DNA of 39,380 nt from the NCBI GenBank assembly GCA_002938125.1, contig PTLN01000003.1:1-39380 (forward strand), read 5' to 3'. The notes under the pieces were generated by a model. That model made no database searches, had not been told where the DNA came from, and saw only the letters and a list, made by a program, of their open reading frames with translations. Source of the stretch: Alphaproteobacteria bacterium MarineAlpha2_Bin1 (GTDB taxonomy: Bacteria; Pseudomonadota; Alphaproteobacteria; SHVP01). This document shows positions 27,783 through 37,644 of the stretch, one piece after another (positions within the stretch are counted from its first letter, which is position 1; every line of letters starts with the position of its first letter). The translations under genes and the position numbers were made by a program.

Positions 27783-29286
27783 AGTATTTATCCCAGATGA
27801 TTCTTCATCTTTATCAGTAGGTTCTGAGGAAACATTTTTGGCTTTTAATGATCAATTAGAAAGTGAGTCTATTGATATAATTAGAACAGGATCTAGAGGC
27901 TTATTCTGGCTTGAGCCACTTATTGAGTTTGAGACTGAAATTGGGCGTGTTGGATTTAAAAATGTATCTAATAACGAAGTAGGAAAAATTTTAACTGAAT
28001 TTGAACAACATCCAAATTATATAGGTTTAATTGATGAGATAGAGTTTTTAAAGAAACAGGAGAGGGTAACTTTTGCAAATTGCGGAAAGTATAATCCATT
28101 GTCTGTAGATGATTACATTAAAAATGGTGGTTTAACTGGTTTAAAAAAAGCATTAACTTTAAATCAAGAACAATTAACTGAAGTAATTACTAAATCTGGT
28201 TTGAGGGGGAGAGGTGGAGCAGGTTTTCCCACAGGTATAAAATTTAAAACAGTTTTAAACGCTGTTGCTGAAAAAAAATATATAGTTTGTAACGCTGATG
28301 AAGGTGATAGTGGTACATATGCAGATAGAATGCTTATGGAAGGGGACCCATTTCTATTAATTGAAGGGATGGTTATTGCTGGAATAACTGTGGGAGCACT
28401 TAAAGGTTATATATATCTTCGCTCAGAATACCCTGAAGCTTTCACTAAATTAAAAAATTCAATAGACATTGCTAAAAGTAAAAATATTATTGGTTCTAAT
28501 TTACTTGGAAGTAATAAATCTTTTGATATAGAAGTTAGATTAGGAGCAGGTGCATATATATGTGGAGAAGAGACCGCTCTTTTAGAAAGTTTAGAGGGTA
28601 AAAGAGGGCAAATAAGATCTAAACCACCACTTCCAGCATACGAAGGTTTATTTGGTTTTCCAACAGCAGTAAATAATGTTATAACCTTAGCTACTCTTCC
28701 AATTATAATTTCTAAAGGTTTTAATTTTTATTCTTCACTTGGATCTAGAAACTCCAGAGGAACTTTAACTATACAGCTTACTGGAAATATTAAAAACGGT
28801 GGTCTGATTGAGGTTCCATTTGGAATAAAATTAAGAGAGGTTTTGTATAACTATGGAATGGGAACTTTAAGTGGTAGGCCTATTAAAGCTGTTCAGGTAG
28901 GTGGTCCCCTAGGAGCATATTGGTCTGAAAAGTTGTTTGACACCCCCCTAGATTATGAAACATTTCAAGAAAATGGCGGAATGATCGGTCATGGTGGAAT
29001 TGTCGTTTTTGATGATAATATTGACCTAAGGTTTCAAGCTAAATTTGCAATGGAGTTTTGTTCCATTGAGTCATGTGGCAAATGTACTCCTTGTAGAATA
29101 GGGTCTGTTAGAGGAAAAGAAATACTTGAAAAAATAATTTTTGGTGACAATGTCGAGAAAAACATTAAACTTTTGTTAGATTTATGTGATATTATGGAGA
29201 ATGGTTCTTTATGTGCTTTTGGTGGTTTAATTCCTATTCCAGTAAAAAGTGCAATTGAGAATTTTAAGGAAGATTTTATAAATTAA
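27769..29286 (+). CDS. fdsB: NAD-dependent formate dehydrogenase beta subunit (NuoF-like)
   Basis: GSRGLFWLEP, SGLRGRGGAGFPTG, CNADEGDSG, GAGAYICGEET, ESCGKCTPCR. Confidence 0.93.
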   Translation: MKISKVFIPDDSSSLSVGSEETFLAFNDQLESESIDIIRTGSRGLFWLEPLIEFETEIGRVGFKNVSNNEVGKILTEFEQHPNYIGLIDEIEFLKKQERVTFANCGKYNPLSVDDYIKNGGLTGLKKALTLNQEQLTEVITKSGLRGRGGAGFPTGIKFKTVLNAVAEKKYIVCNADEGDSGTYADRMLMEGDPFLLIEGMVIAGITVGALKGYIYLRSEYPEAFTKLKNSIDIAKSKNIIGSNLLGSNKSFDIEVRLGAGAYICGEETALLESLEGKRGQIRSKPPLPAYEGLFGFPTAVNNVITLATLPIIISKGFNFYSSLGSRNSRGTLTIQLTGNIKNGGLIEVPFGIKLREVLYNYGMGTLSGRPIKAVQVGGPLGAYWSEKLFDTPLDYETFQENGGMIGHGGIVVFDDNIDLRFQAKFAMEFCSIESCGKCTPCRIGSVRGKEILEKIIFGDNVEKNIKLLLDLCDIMENGSLCAFGGLIPIPVKSAIENFKEDFIN

Positions 29287-29299
29287 TAATAGGTTTAAA

Positions 29300-32122
29300 A
29301 TGGGATATTATAAAGATTTAGGTACGCCTCAAAAAAAATCGGATACATCAGTTTCTCTAGAAATAGATGGTAAGATCGTAAATGTTACAGAGGGTACCTC
29401 GGTTCTTAGAGCCGCAGCGGAAAATGATATAGATATTCCTAAACTATGTGCAACTGATAGTTTAGAACCATTTGGTTCATGTAGACTTTGCTTAGTGGAG
29501 ATAGATGGAATAAAAGGTACTCCTGCATCATGTACCACGCCTGTTCAAGATGGTATGAAGATTAGAACTCAAACAAAAAAACTTGCAAAGATACGTAAAG
29601 GTGTAATGGAGTTATATATTAGTGATCATCCGCTAGATTGTTTGACTTGCTCGGCAAATGGTGATTGTGAACTTCAAGATATGGCTGGAGCTGTGGGTTT
29701 GAGAGAAGTGAGATACGGCTTTGAAGGAAAAAACCATTTAGCTATGAATAAAGATGACTCAAATCCTTATTTTTCTTTTGATCCATCAAAATGTATTGTT
29801 TGTTCAAGGTGTGTAAGAGCATGTGAGGAGCAGCAGGGGACATTTGCCTTAACAATAGAAGGAAGAGGCTTTGAATCTAAAGTAACTACAGGAGAAAAAG
29901 AGTTTTTTGACTCAGATTGTGTTTCATGTGGAGCATGTGTAAAAGCCTGTCCAACAGCTACTTTAATCGAGAAGTCTGTTGTTGAAAAAGGTCAGCCCAC
30001 AAGAAAAGTTAATACTACGTGTGCATATTGTGGAGTAGGTTGTTCATTCACCGCTGAATTGCAGGGGGATGACGTTATTAGGATGACACCAAATAAAAAC
30101 GGTAAAGCAAATTTAGGTCATTCATGTGTCAAGGGAAGGTTTGCATGGGGATATGCAACGCACTCAGATAGAGTTAAATCACCCTTAATAAGAGAATCTA
30201 TTAATAAACCTTGGAGAGAAGCTAGTTGGGATGAGGCAATTAAATATGTTGCAGATAAATTTAAAGACATTCAAAATAAATTTGGAGTTAGTTCAATAGG
30301 AGGAATAACTAGCTCAAGATGTACTAACGAAGAAACATTTTTAGTTCAAAAACTTATTAGAACAGCATTTGGAAATAATAATACTGATACTTGTGCAAGA
30401 GTTTGCCATTCTCCTACTGGTTATGGTTTGAAAACTACATTTGGAACATCTGCCGGAACACAGGATTTTGAATCGGTACTCGACTCAGACTTAATAATGG
30501 TCATTGGTGCAAATCCAACTGATGCACATCCAGTTTTTGCATCACTAATGAAGAGAAGGTTACGTAATGGTGCGAAATTAATAGTTATTGATCCCAGAAA
30601 AATTGACTTAGTAAGAACACCCCATGTAGAGGCGTCAAATCACTTACAGCTTTTCCCTGGTACAAATGTTGCGCTAATTAACTCTATAGCACATGTTATT
30701 GCTAAAGAGGGCTTGCTTGATACTAAATTTATTAATGAAAGATGTGATAAAAAAGAATTTAATAATTGGCTAAATTTTATTCTCCAAGAAAAAAATTCAC
30801 CAGAGGAGATGGAGGTTATTACTGGAGTGCCAGCAATAAAAATTATTGAGTCTGCACGTTTATATGCTAAGTCTAAAAACTCTTCCATATATTATGGTTT
30901 AGGTGTAACAGAGCATAGTCAGGGTACAACAATGGTAATGGGAATGGCTAATCTTGCAATGGCAACTGGAAATTTAGGGCGTAAAGGCGTGGGTGTTAAT
31001 CCTTTAAGAGGGCAAAATAATGTTCAGGGGGCTTGTGATATGGGTTCTTTTCCTCATGAATTTTCTGGTTATAGACATGTGTCTGATAAATCAGCAAGAA
31101 AAATTTTTGAGGATTACTGGAAAGTTGAACTGGATCCTGAACCTGGATTAAGAATTCCCAATATGCTAGATGCTGCTATGGATGGTACATTTAAGGGGAT
31201 ATATATTCAGGGTGAAGATATTGCTCAGTCAGATCCAAATACTAATCATGTAATTTCTGCATTATCTTCTATGGATTGTGTTGTTGTTCAAGACCTTTTT
31301 CTTAATGAAACTTCAAAATATGCCCATGTTTTTCTTCCAGGTTCCTCTTTTTTGGAAAAAGATGGGACTTTCACAAATGCAGAAAGAAGAATTTCGAGAG
31401 TTACAGCTGCTATGAAGCCTCTTGCAGGATTGGCAGATTGGGAAGTTACTATGGCTTTATCAAATGCTCTAGGATATAAAATGCACTATAACCATCCCTC
31501 AGAGATTATGGATGAGATTGCTGAACTAACTCCTACTTTTTCTGGGGTTAGTTACAAGTTATTAGATCAGGTTGGAAGCATTCAATGGCCATGTAATGAA
31601 CAAGCACCTATTGGAACACCAATTATGCATGTAGATAAATTTGTTAGAGGTTCAGGGTTATTTATGATAACTGACTATATACCAACGAATGAAAAAACCG
31701 GGCCTCGTTTTCCACTTATATTAACAACTGGGAGAGTGTTATCTCAGTATAATGTAGGTGTTCAATCTAGAAGAACAAAAAATAATATTTGGTATTCTGA
31801 GGATGTACTAGATATAAACCCTTTTGATGCAGAAACGAGAGGAATAAACAACGGTGATTATGTATCCCTTCAAAGTAGAAAAGGTGCTACAAAATTAAAA
31901 GCTAGATTCTCTAATAGATTGCAACCAGGTGTTGTATATACAACATTTCATCATCCAGAGACAGAGGCAAATGTCATAACAACTGAGTTTTCAGACTGGG
32001 CAACTAATTGTCCAGAGTATAAGGTGACTGCTGTGGAGGTAAGATTGAGTAATTCTGTGGAGGGAAATAAGAATAAAAACATTTCCGAAAGTCCAAGAAA
32101 ATTGATGAACTTTGCTCAGTAA
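29300..32122 (+). CDS. fdsA: NAD-dependent formate dehydrogenase alpha subunit (Mo/W-bisPGD, Cys ligand)
   Basis: N-terminal Fe-S motifs (CRLC, HPLDCLTC, CIVCSRC, CVSCGAC), TCAYCGVGC, CARVCH, PLRGQNNVQG, WATNCPEYK. Confidence 0.95.
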   Translation: MGYYKDLGTPQKKSDTSVSLEIDGKIVNVTEGTSVLRAAAENDIDIPKLCATDSLEPFGSCRLCLVEIDGIKGTPASCTTPVQDGMKIRTQTKKLAKIRKGVMELYISDHPLDCLTCSANGDCELQDMAGAVGLREVRYGFEGKNHLAMNKDDSNPYFSFDPSKCIVCSRCVRACEEQQGTFALTIEGRGFESKVTTGEKEFFDSDCVSCGACVKACPTATLIEKSVVEKGQPTRKVNTTCAYCGVGCSFTAELQGDDVIRMTPNKNGKANLGHSCVKGRFAWGYATHSDRVKSPLIRESINKPWREASWDEAIKYVADKFKDIQNKFGVSSIGGITSSRCTNEETFLVQKLIRTAFGNNNTDTCARVCHSPTGYGLKTTFGTSAGTQDFESVLDSDLIMVIGANPTDAHPVFASLMKRRLRNGAKLIVIDPRKIDLVRTPHVEASNHLQLFPGTNVALINSIAHVIAKEGLLDTKFINERCDKKEFNNWLNFILQEKNSPEEMEVITGVPAIKIIESARLYAKSKNSSIYYGLGVTEHSQGTTMVMGMANLAMATGNLGRKGVGVNPLRGQNNVQGACDMGSFPHEFSGYRHVSDKSARKIFEDYWKVELDPEPGLRIPNMLDAAMDGTFKGIYIQGEDIAQSDPNTNHVISALSSMDCVVVQDLFLNETSKYAHVFLPGSSFLEKDGTFTNAERRISRVTAAMKPLAGLADWEVTMALSNALGYKMHYNHPSEIMDEIAELTPTFSGVSYKLLDQVGSIQWPCNEQAPIGTPIMHVDKFVRGSGLFMITDYIPTNEKTGPRFPLILTTGRVLSQYNVGVQSRRTKNNIWYSEDVLDINPFDAETRGINNGDYVSLQSRKGATKLKARFSNRLQPGVVYTTFHHPETEANVITTEFSDWATNCPEYKVTAVEVRLSNSVEGNKNKNISESPRKLMNFAQ

Positions 32123-32123
32123 A

Positions 32124-32936
32124 ATGAGTATTCAAGAAAAAGAAATAAAAACTGTTACTTCTGAGGTAAAGAAATACCTACAATCTGGTTTTGAAAAATT
32201 CAATGATCAAATTGCTATTGAAATTCCAGTTCTCATCAAATTCAATTCAAGAAAATATGTAGTTATGATGGCAAGTCCATCAGATTTTGAAGATTTTGGA
32301 GTTGGCTTCACACTTTCTGAAGGATTAGTTGAAAGTGTTGAAAAAATAGAATCAGTAAGCTTTGAAAAATTAGACAGGGGTGTCAGCGTAAATATTGAAC
32401 TTGCCCCAAAGTATGTTTTAGATATCTTCAATAAGAATAGAAATATAGAAGGTAGGACCGGTTGTGGTATATGTGGAATTAACGAAATTGATAATGCGTT
32501 AAGACCTCTGAAATCATTAAGTATAAAAGGTCCAAGTTTGAATATAGATTTAATTTTTACTGCTATAAGACACTTACCAAATTACCAAACAATTAATAAA
32601 GAAACAGGTTCTGTACATGCTGCTGGGTTCTTTGATTCTAATGCAAAACTGATAGCTATTAGAGAAGATGTAGGTAGACATAACGCTTTGGATAAACTCA
32701 TTGGTAATTTAGCTAGAAAAAACATAAACACTTCTGATGGTTTTATTGTTATTACTAGCAGGTGTAGTATGGAAATGGTTCAAAAAACAATTTCTATTGG
32801 TTGCCCAATTCTTGTATCTGTCTCAGCGCCCACATCTTTAGCTATTGAAATTGCAAAACAAAATAACCTCACTGTTTTAGCTTTTGCAAGAGAAGAAAAA
32901 ATAAATATATATACAGATTTTAAAAGAATAATTTAG
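32124..32936 (+). CDS. fdhD: Formate dehydrogenase sulfurtransferase FdhD/FdsC
   Basis: GFTLSEG, GCGICG, TGSVHAA, REDVGRHNALDKLIG, SVSAPT; ATG 32124 (TTG 32112 alternative). Confidence 0.93.
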   Translation: MSIQEKEIKTVTSEVKKYLQSGFEKFNDQIAIEIPVLIKFNSRKYVVMMASPSDFEDFGVGFTLSEGLVESVEKIESVSFEKLDRGVSVNIELAPKYVLDIFNKNRNIEGRTGCGICGINEIDNALRPLKSLSIKGPSLNIDLIFTAIRHLPNYQTINKETGSVHAAGFFDSNAKLIAIREDVGRHNALDKLIGNLARKNINTSDGFIVITSRCSMEMVQKTISIGCPILVSVSAPTSLAIEIAKQNNLTVLAFAREEKINIYTDFKRII

Positions 32937-32937
32937 A

Positions 32938-33150
32938 ATGGATATACAAAAATTAGTTTACATGGTTAACCAAATATCAAATTACTTCAATTCTTATCCT
33001 GAAGAAAAGGCAATAATTTCTATAACTAATCATATTAATCAGTTTTGGGATAAGAGAATGAAAAATGAGATTATTTTTTATGCAAAAAATAATGGTAAGG
33101 GTTTAAATTTATCGGCTCTTGCAGCAATAAAAAATTTAGATAAAAAATAA
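32938..33150 (+). CDS. fdsD: Formate dehydrogenase delta subunit
   Basis: KLVYMVNQI..YF...HINQFWDKRM; last gene of the operon. Confidence 0.9.
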   Translation: MDIQKLVYMVNQISNYFNSYPEEKAIISITNHINQFWDKRMKNEIIFYAKNNGKGLNLSALAAIKNLDKK

Positions 33151-33157
33151 ATTTTAT

Positions 33158-34390
33158 CTAATTTTTTAATTCTTCACCTCTAGGATCTAGATTATTAATA
33201 ATTGGACTTGTTTTTGGCATTGCTACATAATCTGACTGCATATCTGCAGATAATGAATCTCTTTGTGACATTCTCCAAATAATAATAGCTGCAGTTAAAA
33301 TTCCAATTCCTGAGAAGAAACTAAATAGACCTGAAGAATTTGTGAATTCAATAATTAAAGAGGCAAATAAAGGGCCTATAATAGCTCCTATACCGTAAGC
33401 TATTACTAAACCACTCGTTGCAGAAAGTAATTCATCTTTATTTAAATAATCATTTGTATAAGCAACTCCTAATGGATACATTAATGCAATTAAACCACCA
33501 AAAATAATAGAAAGAATTAAAAATAAATAGATATTTGAGTTAAAGATACTTATTAAAATAGAAATTGTTATTAAAAGAATTGCTACTGCAAGCATGAATT
33601 TTCTTCTATCTTTACCATCAGAGATTTTTCCCACAGGCCACTGTAAAATTAGGCCACCTATAGTTACACTACTAATAAATAAAGCTGTTGTATTTTTATC
33701 AAAATTATTTAGTTGTGCAAAAACAGGACCAATTGAGTAAAAAGCACCGCTAACAACTCCTCCCATCAAAGCAAATGTCATTCCAGTCGGCGATTTATTC
33801 CAGAGTTTCATTAGGCTAAATTTCTCAATATTAATAATTTCAGGTGGGGGTAATTTGGTAAGAGCAATTGGAATGATTGCGAAAGACATTAATATAGAAA
33901 AAATAATAAAAATCATGAAATCTCTCTCATCCGGAATTTGAAGAATGAATTGTCCTATGCCACTAAAGAGGTAAACAGCAATAATGTAGTATGAAAAAAC
34001 TTGACCTCTATTATTATTAGTTGCTCTGGCATTTAACCAACTTTCAACACACATAAACATCCCAATAGCACATACTCCTATAGTTAGACGAAAGAAACCC
34101 CAGAAAATAAAATGATTTATAAAAATATGAAATAATGTTATTGCAGACATTGTTGAGCCTAAAACAATAAATGAACGTATATGGCCAACAGACTCAATTA
34201 GTTTTTGAACAAAGTAAGGACCAATTATAAAACCTACATAATATTGGGACATAATCAGTCCAATAATCCATGTTGCTATTCCTTCATTTGTTAGTCTTAT
34301 TGCTAAATATGTTGGAAGAGGACCATTTCCAAGCATAAAAATTGCAATTCCAAGTAGTAGTGAGGATATAGATATTAGATTTTTAGTCAT
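33158..34390 (-). CDS. MFS transporter (YcaD-like)
   Basis: About 12 TM; VGHIRSF, VESWLN, NRGQV, QWPVGKISD..DRR. Confidence 0.9.
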   Translation of the reverse strand: MTKNLISISSLLLGIAIFMLGNGPLPTYLAIRLTNEGIATWIIGLIMSQYYVGFIIGPYFVQKLIESVGHIRSFIVLGSTMSAITLFHIFINHFIFWGFFRLTIGVCAIGMFMCVESWLNARATNNNRGQVFSYYIIAVYLFSGIGQFILQIPDERDFMIFIIFSILMSFAIIPIALTKLPPPEIINIEKFSLMKLWNKSPTGMTFALMGGVVSGAFYSIGPVFAQLNNFDKNTTALFISSVTIGGLILQWPVGKISDGKDRRKFMLAVAILLITISILISIFNSNIYLFLILSIIFGGLIALMYPLGVAYTNDYLNKDELLSATSGLVIAYGIGAIIGPLFASLIIEFTNSSGLFSFFSGIGILTAAIIIWRMSQRDSLSADMQSDYVAMPKTSPIINNLDPRGEELKN

Positions 34391-34465
34391 ATAATTAATT
34401 AAATTAAAGGGTATGATGATTTATATTAAGCTAGTTTAATTTGCAAGAGAAAAATTAAAGAATAA

Positions 34466-35602
34466 TTATCTATAGATTTTTTCAAAAAACATGTGCTCGT
34501 AAGTACCGCTTATTCCTTTTGCTCTTGATAAGGGGTAAAAAGCTTCAGACCTATTAATCAATTTATAACTATTTAAAGATTCAAAGTAGGTTTTTTCAGT
34601 AGTAGCATTTAAGACTCTTAGAGTTCCTTTTTCACCTGTTGGCATACCACTCATATTTTGATTTAAATAGATATAATCAGTCGAATTTCTGATTATATTT
34701 AGATAGTTTTCTACTATTTCAGGTTCCATTTCTTGAAAACTTGCGCTATTCCAAAACAAATCAAATTTGTACGATGTTAGTAACGGAAATTGCCATGATC
34801 CAAGCATATATACTTTGCCAGGACTTAATTTTGGAATTTTTTTCCATTCTCTAGTTTCTCTGTAGGAAATCAAATCGCTTCGAAATAATTTTTTTAAATA
34901 TTGCTCACAACAATATAACTGAATTGGTAGATCAAAATTTAAAAATGAGACCTTAGGATGAAGAGTTTTAATTATATAAATTTGCTTCCCAATACCAGCT
35001 CCTAACTCAACCAGTGTACAATTCCTATTAAAGTTAAAATAATTATTACAATAAGAGTAATTCATATATTTAATTAATGAGTTATATGTATAATGACAAT
35101 TGCCAATTTTGAATCTATCTTGCGGGTAGCCAATATTTTCAATATTTATTTTTTCAATAGGTTGTGCTTTTTTAGACTCTCCATATAATTTTGCAATTCG
35201 GAACGCTGTTTCTCTTAAGTCATTCAAAGATGTATTATAAAAATTTATTGCCCAGTCCGGATACCTATGCATAAGATCTGTAATAAATGATGATGCAGAA
35301 TTTCCTTGATTAAATTCATTAATATTTTGTAATTTATAAAATCTACTGGTATCTATTTTTGGCCTCTCATCAACAGCACCCATAGAAACTAGCCAAGGTA
35401 TACTCTCTTCTGAACATAATTTAAAAATACTTCCATTAATTAGATCTTCAATAGACTGATCTTGATGAAATCTCCAAAAATTACTTGGCATATATTCTGA
35501 TGAGCATTTGGAGCTATCTTTAAGAATCAGATTCAAAAGATTTTTATCATCTTCTAAAGCCTCATAGGGTAAATAATTATCTGAAGCTATCTTTATCGTC
35601 AT
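34466..35602 (-). CDS. Putative sugar O-methyltransferase
   Basis: PSNFW, VELGAGIG SAM motif, FDLP, FDLFWNSASFQEM...YL. Confidence 0.75.
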   Translation of the reverse strand: MTIKIASDNYLPYEALEDDKNLLNLILKDSSKCSSEYMPSNFWRFHQDQSIEDLINGSIFKLCSEESIPWLVSMGAVDERPKIDTSRFYKLQNINEFNQGNSASSFITDLMHRYPDWAINFYNTSLNDLRETAFRIAKLYGESKKAQPIEKINIENIGYPQDRFKIGNCHYTYNSLIKYMNYSYCNNYFNFNRNCTLVELGAGIGKQIYIIKTLHPKVSFLNFDLPIQLYCCEQYLKKLFRSDLISYRETREWKKIPKLSPGKVYMLGSWQFPLLTSYKFDLFWNSASFQEMEPEIVENYLNIIRNSTDYIYLNQNMSGMPTGEKGTLRVLNATTEKTYFESLNSYKLINRSEAFYPLSRAKGISGTYEHMFFEKIYR

Positions 35603-35693
35603 TTCAAACCTATAAAAAATATCAATTTAAAAAATATAAGTGAAAAGTAAATAAAGAATTAATTTCAAATATTTACTTAAAATTTATAAAAAT

Positions 35694-36611
35694 CTAACTT
35701 GGATTACTGCTTATTTGAAATCCATTATTTATAAGATTTTCTTTTAGTTTTGAAATATGTCTTGGCCCCACTTCACAGCAACCGCCAATAATTTTTGCAC
35801 CTAATTTAACCCAGTTAATTGCAAAATTAGAATATTTTTCTGGGTTTAAATCTTTTCTTTTTTCTAAACTATCTACTGTACCTCCTGGCAATAGTGCATT
35901 AATCGACGTGAAGCCATTTGCATAAGCACCTATAATTGAAAAGTTTGACTTTAATTCTTGAATTGACGAGTCAATAGCTTCTGGTATAGAGCAATTAATT
36001 AAAACTGCATCTACGTTTAAACTTTTCATTTCTTTTATTCCATCAAACAGTTTTTCACCTGATCTCAGTGTTGAAGTATTATCATCATTTATAGAAAAAC
36101 TAATCCATATAGGTTTTGAAAAAATTTTAGCTGCAGTAATAGCAGCTTTAGCTTCAATAATAGATGACATTGTTTCGCAGAGAAAAAAATCTACATTATT
36201 TGCTTGTATTGATGCAATCTTATAATACTGATCGATTGACTCATTAAATCCAGGCGCAGTTTCAGGTCTATAACTAGCTGTTAGTGGGGGAAGGCAGCCA
36301 GCAATATTTAGATCTCCGTTATGAATACTTATTGTTTTATCTTTTGAACGATTAGCGATACTCATTGCTCTATTTTGTAAGGGTTCAAATAATTCTAATG
36401 AGCTATCTCTTTTAAGTCTTTCTGGAGTTAGAGCATAACTATTTAGAGTAATAATTCTTGATCCTGCCTGAATAAAATCACAATGAACATCTTCAACTAT
36501 TTGAGGTTCATCAAGTAAAACTTTAGCTGACCACATTGGGTGAGGTTTTTGTTTAGATCTAAGTAATAGTTCTTGACCCATACCGCCGTCTAATAAAGCA
36601 ATTTTTTCCAT
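35694..36611 (-). CDS. Homocysteine S-methyltransferase family protein (MmuM/Bmt-like)
   Basis: LLDGGMGQEL, WSA, CETMSS, LINCS, GAYANGF, IIGGCCEVGP.HI with three Cys zinc ligands; ATG 36611 preferred over 36653. Confidence 0.9.
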   Translation of the reverse strand: MEKIALLDGGMGQELLLRSKQKPHPMWSAKVLLDEPQIVEDVHCDFIQAGSRIITLNSYALTPERLKRDSSLELFEPLQNRAMSIANRSKDKTISIHNGDLNIAGCLPPLTASYRPETAPGFNESIDQYYKIASIQANNVDFFLCETMSSIIEAKAAITAAKIFSKPIWISFSINDDNTSTLRSGEKLFDGIKEMKSLNVDAVLINCSIPEAIDSSIQELKSNFSIIGAYANGFTSINALLPGGTVDSLEKRKDLNPEKYSNFAINWVKLGAKIIGGCCEVGPRHISKLKENLINNGFQISSNPS

Positions 36612-36724
36612 AATTATTTCAATTTTCCAGGTTAATTTAAAAAATTTTATCAATTTTAAAAATAAATGGTACTTTTTTATTTTGGAAGTATTAATTTAAT
36701 CTAATTTGGTGTATTTAATATTTT

Positions 36725-37639
36725 ATGAATAATATTAACAAAAATACAAGCAAATTAAATGAGGCTCTAGCAAAAAAAAAGTTTGTAATTACAGCTGAAA
36801 CAACACCAAAAACAGATACTGATTTGAATGCATCATTAGAAAAAGTATTATACCTCAAAGGACTTGCTGATGCAGTAAATATAACTGACGGAGCAGGAGC
36901 AAAATCGCACCTTTCTAGTCTTGTTTTATCAGGGGTGATGAAATCAAATGGTATTGAACCAATCATTCAACTTACATTAAGAGATAAAAATAGAATAGCA
37001 ATACAAAGTGATATAATTGGAGCTTCTGCAATGGGTGTTACAAATTTTTTAGTACTTACTGGTGACCCTGCGGAAGTTGGAGATGAGAAACAGGCTAAGT
37101 TTGTAGGTGATTTTGAGCAATCAACAGACTTGATTTCATTATTAACAAAAATTAATAATACAGGTGAGTTAAATTCGGGTAGAAATATCACTAATCCTCC
37201 AGAAATTTTTCTTGGTGCAGCTGATGCTCCATTCTTACCTCCTAGTAATTGGAAGCCAGACAAACTTATTGCTAAAGTAAATTCTGGTGCTCAATTTTTT
37301 CAAACTCAATATTGTTTTGATATGAAGATATGCAAAAAATATTTTTCAATATTGTCCGATTTTGGTTTATTAAAATCAGTATACTTTTTAGTTGGAATAG
37401 GGCCATTTTCATCTAGTAAACAAGCTATATGGATGCATGAGAATCTTCCAGGTGTGGAAGTTCCTGATAGAATACTTAATATACTTAGCAAATCTAAAGA
37501 CCAAAAAGGAGATGGAAAGAAAATTTGTCTAGAACTTTTAAACGAATTACATGAAATCGATGGAGTTTCAGGAGCTCATATTATGGGACCTGGTCAAGAA
37601 CAAACTGTTGCAGAAATAATCCAAGCTATTAGGAAATAG
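36725..37639 (+). CDS. metF: 5,10-methylenetetrahydrofolate reductase
   Basis: ITAETTP, DAVNITD, LTLRDKNR, LVLTGD, K..SGAQFFQTQYCFD, GAHIM. Confidence 0.88.
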   Translation: MNNINKNTSKLNEALAKKKFVITAETTPKTDTDLNASLEKVLYLKGLADAVNITDGAGAKSHLSSLVLSGVMKSNGIEPIIQLTLRDKNRIAIQSDIIGASAMGVTNFLVLTGDPAEVGDEKQAKFVGDFEQSTDLISLLTKINNTGELNSGRNITNPPEIFLGAADAPFLPPSNWKPDKLIAKVNSGAQFFQTQYCFDMKICKKYFSILSDFGLLKSVYFLVGIGPFSSSKQAIWMHENLPGVEVPDRILNILSKSKDQKGDGKKICLELLNELHEIDGVSGAHIMGPGQEQTVAEIIQAIRK

Positions 37640-37644
37640 TTTGT

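Noticed and set aside
27348-29286. nuoE/nuoF of respiratory complex I
   Set aside because: The homologues sit in an operon with fdsA, fdhD and fdsD, and no other nuo genes are present.
19997-32122. Selenocysteine recoding in selO or fdsA
   Set aside because: Both use ordinary Cys codons (TFCGT; CARVCH) with no in-frame TGA.
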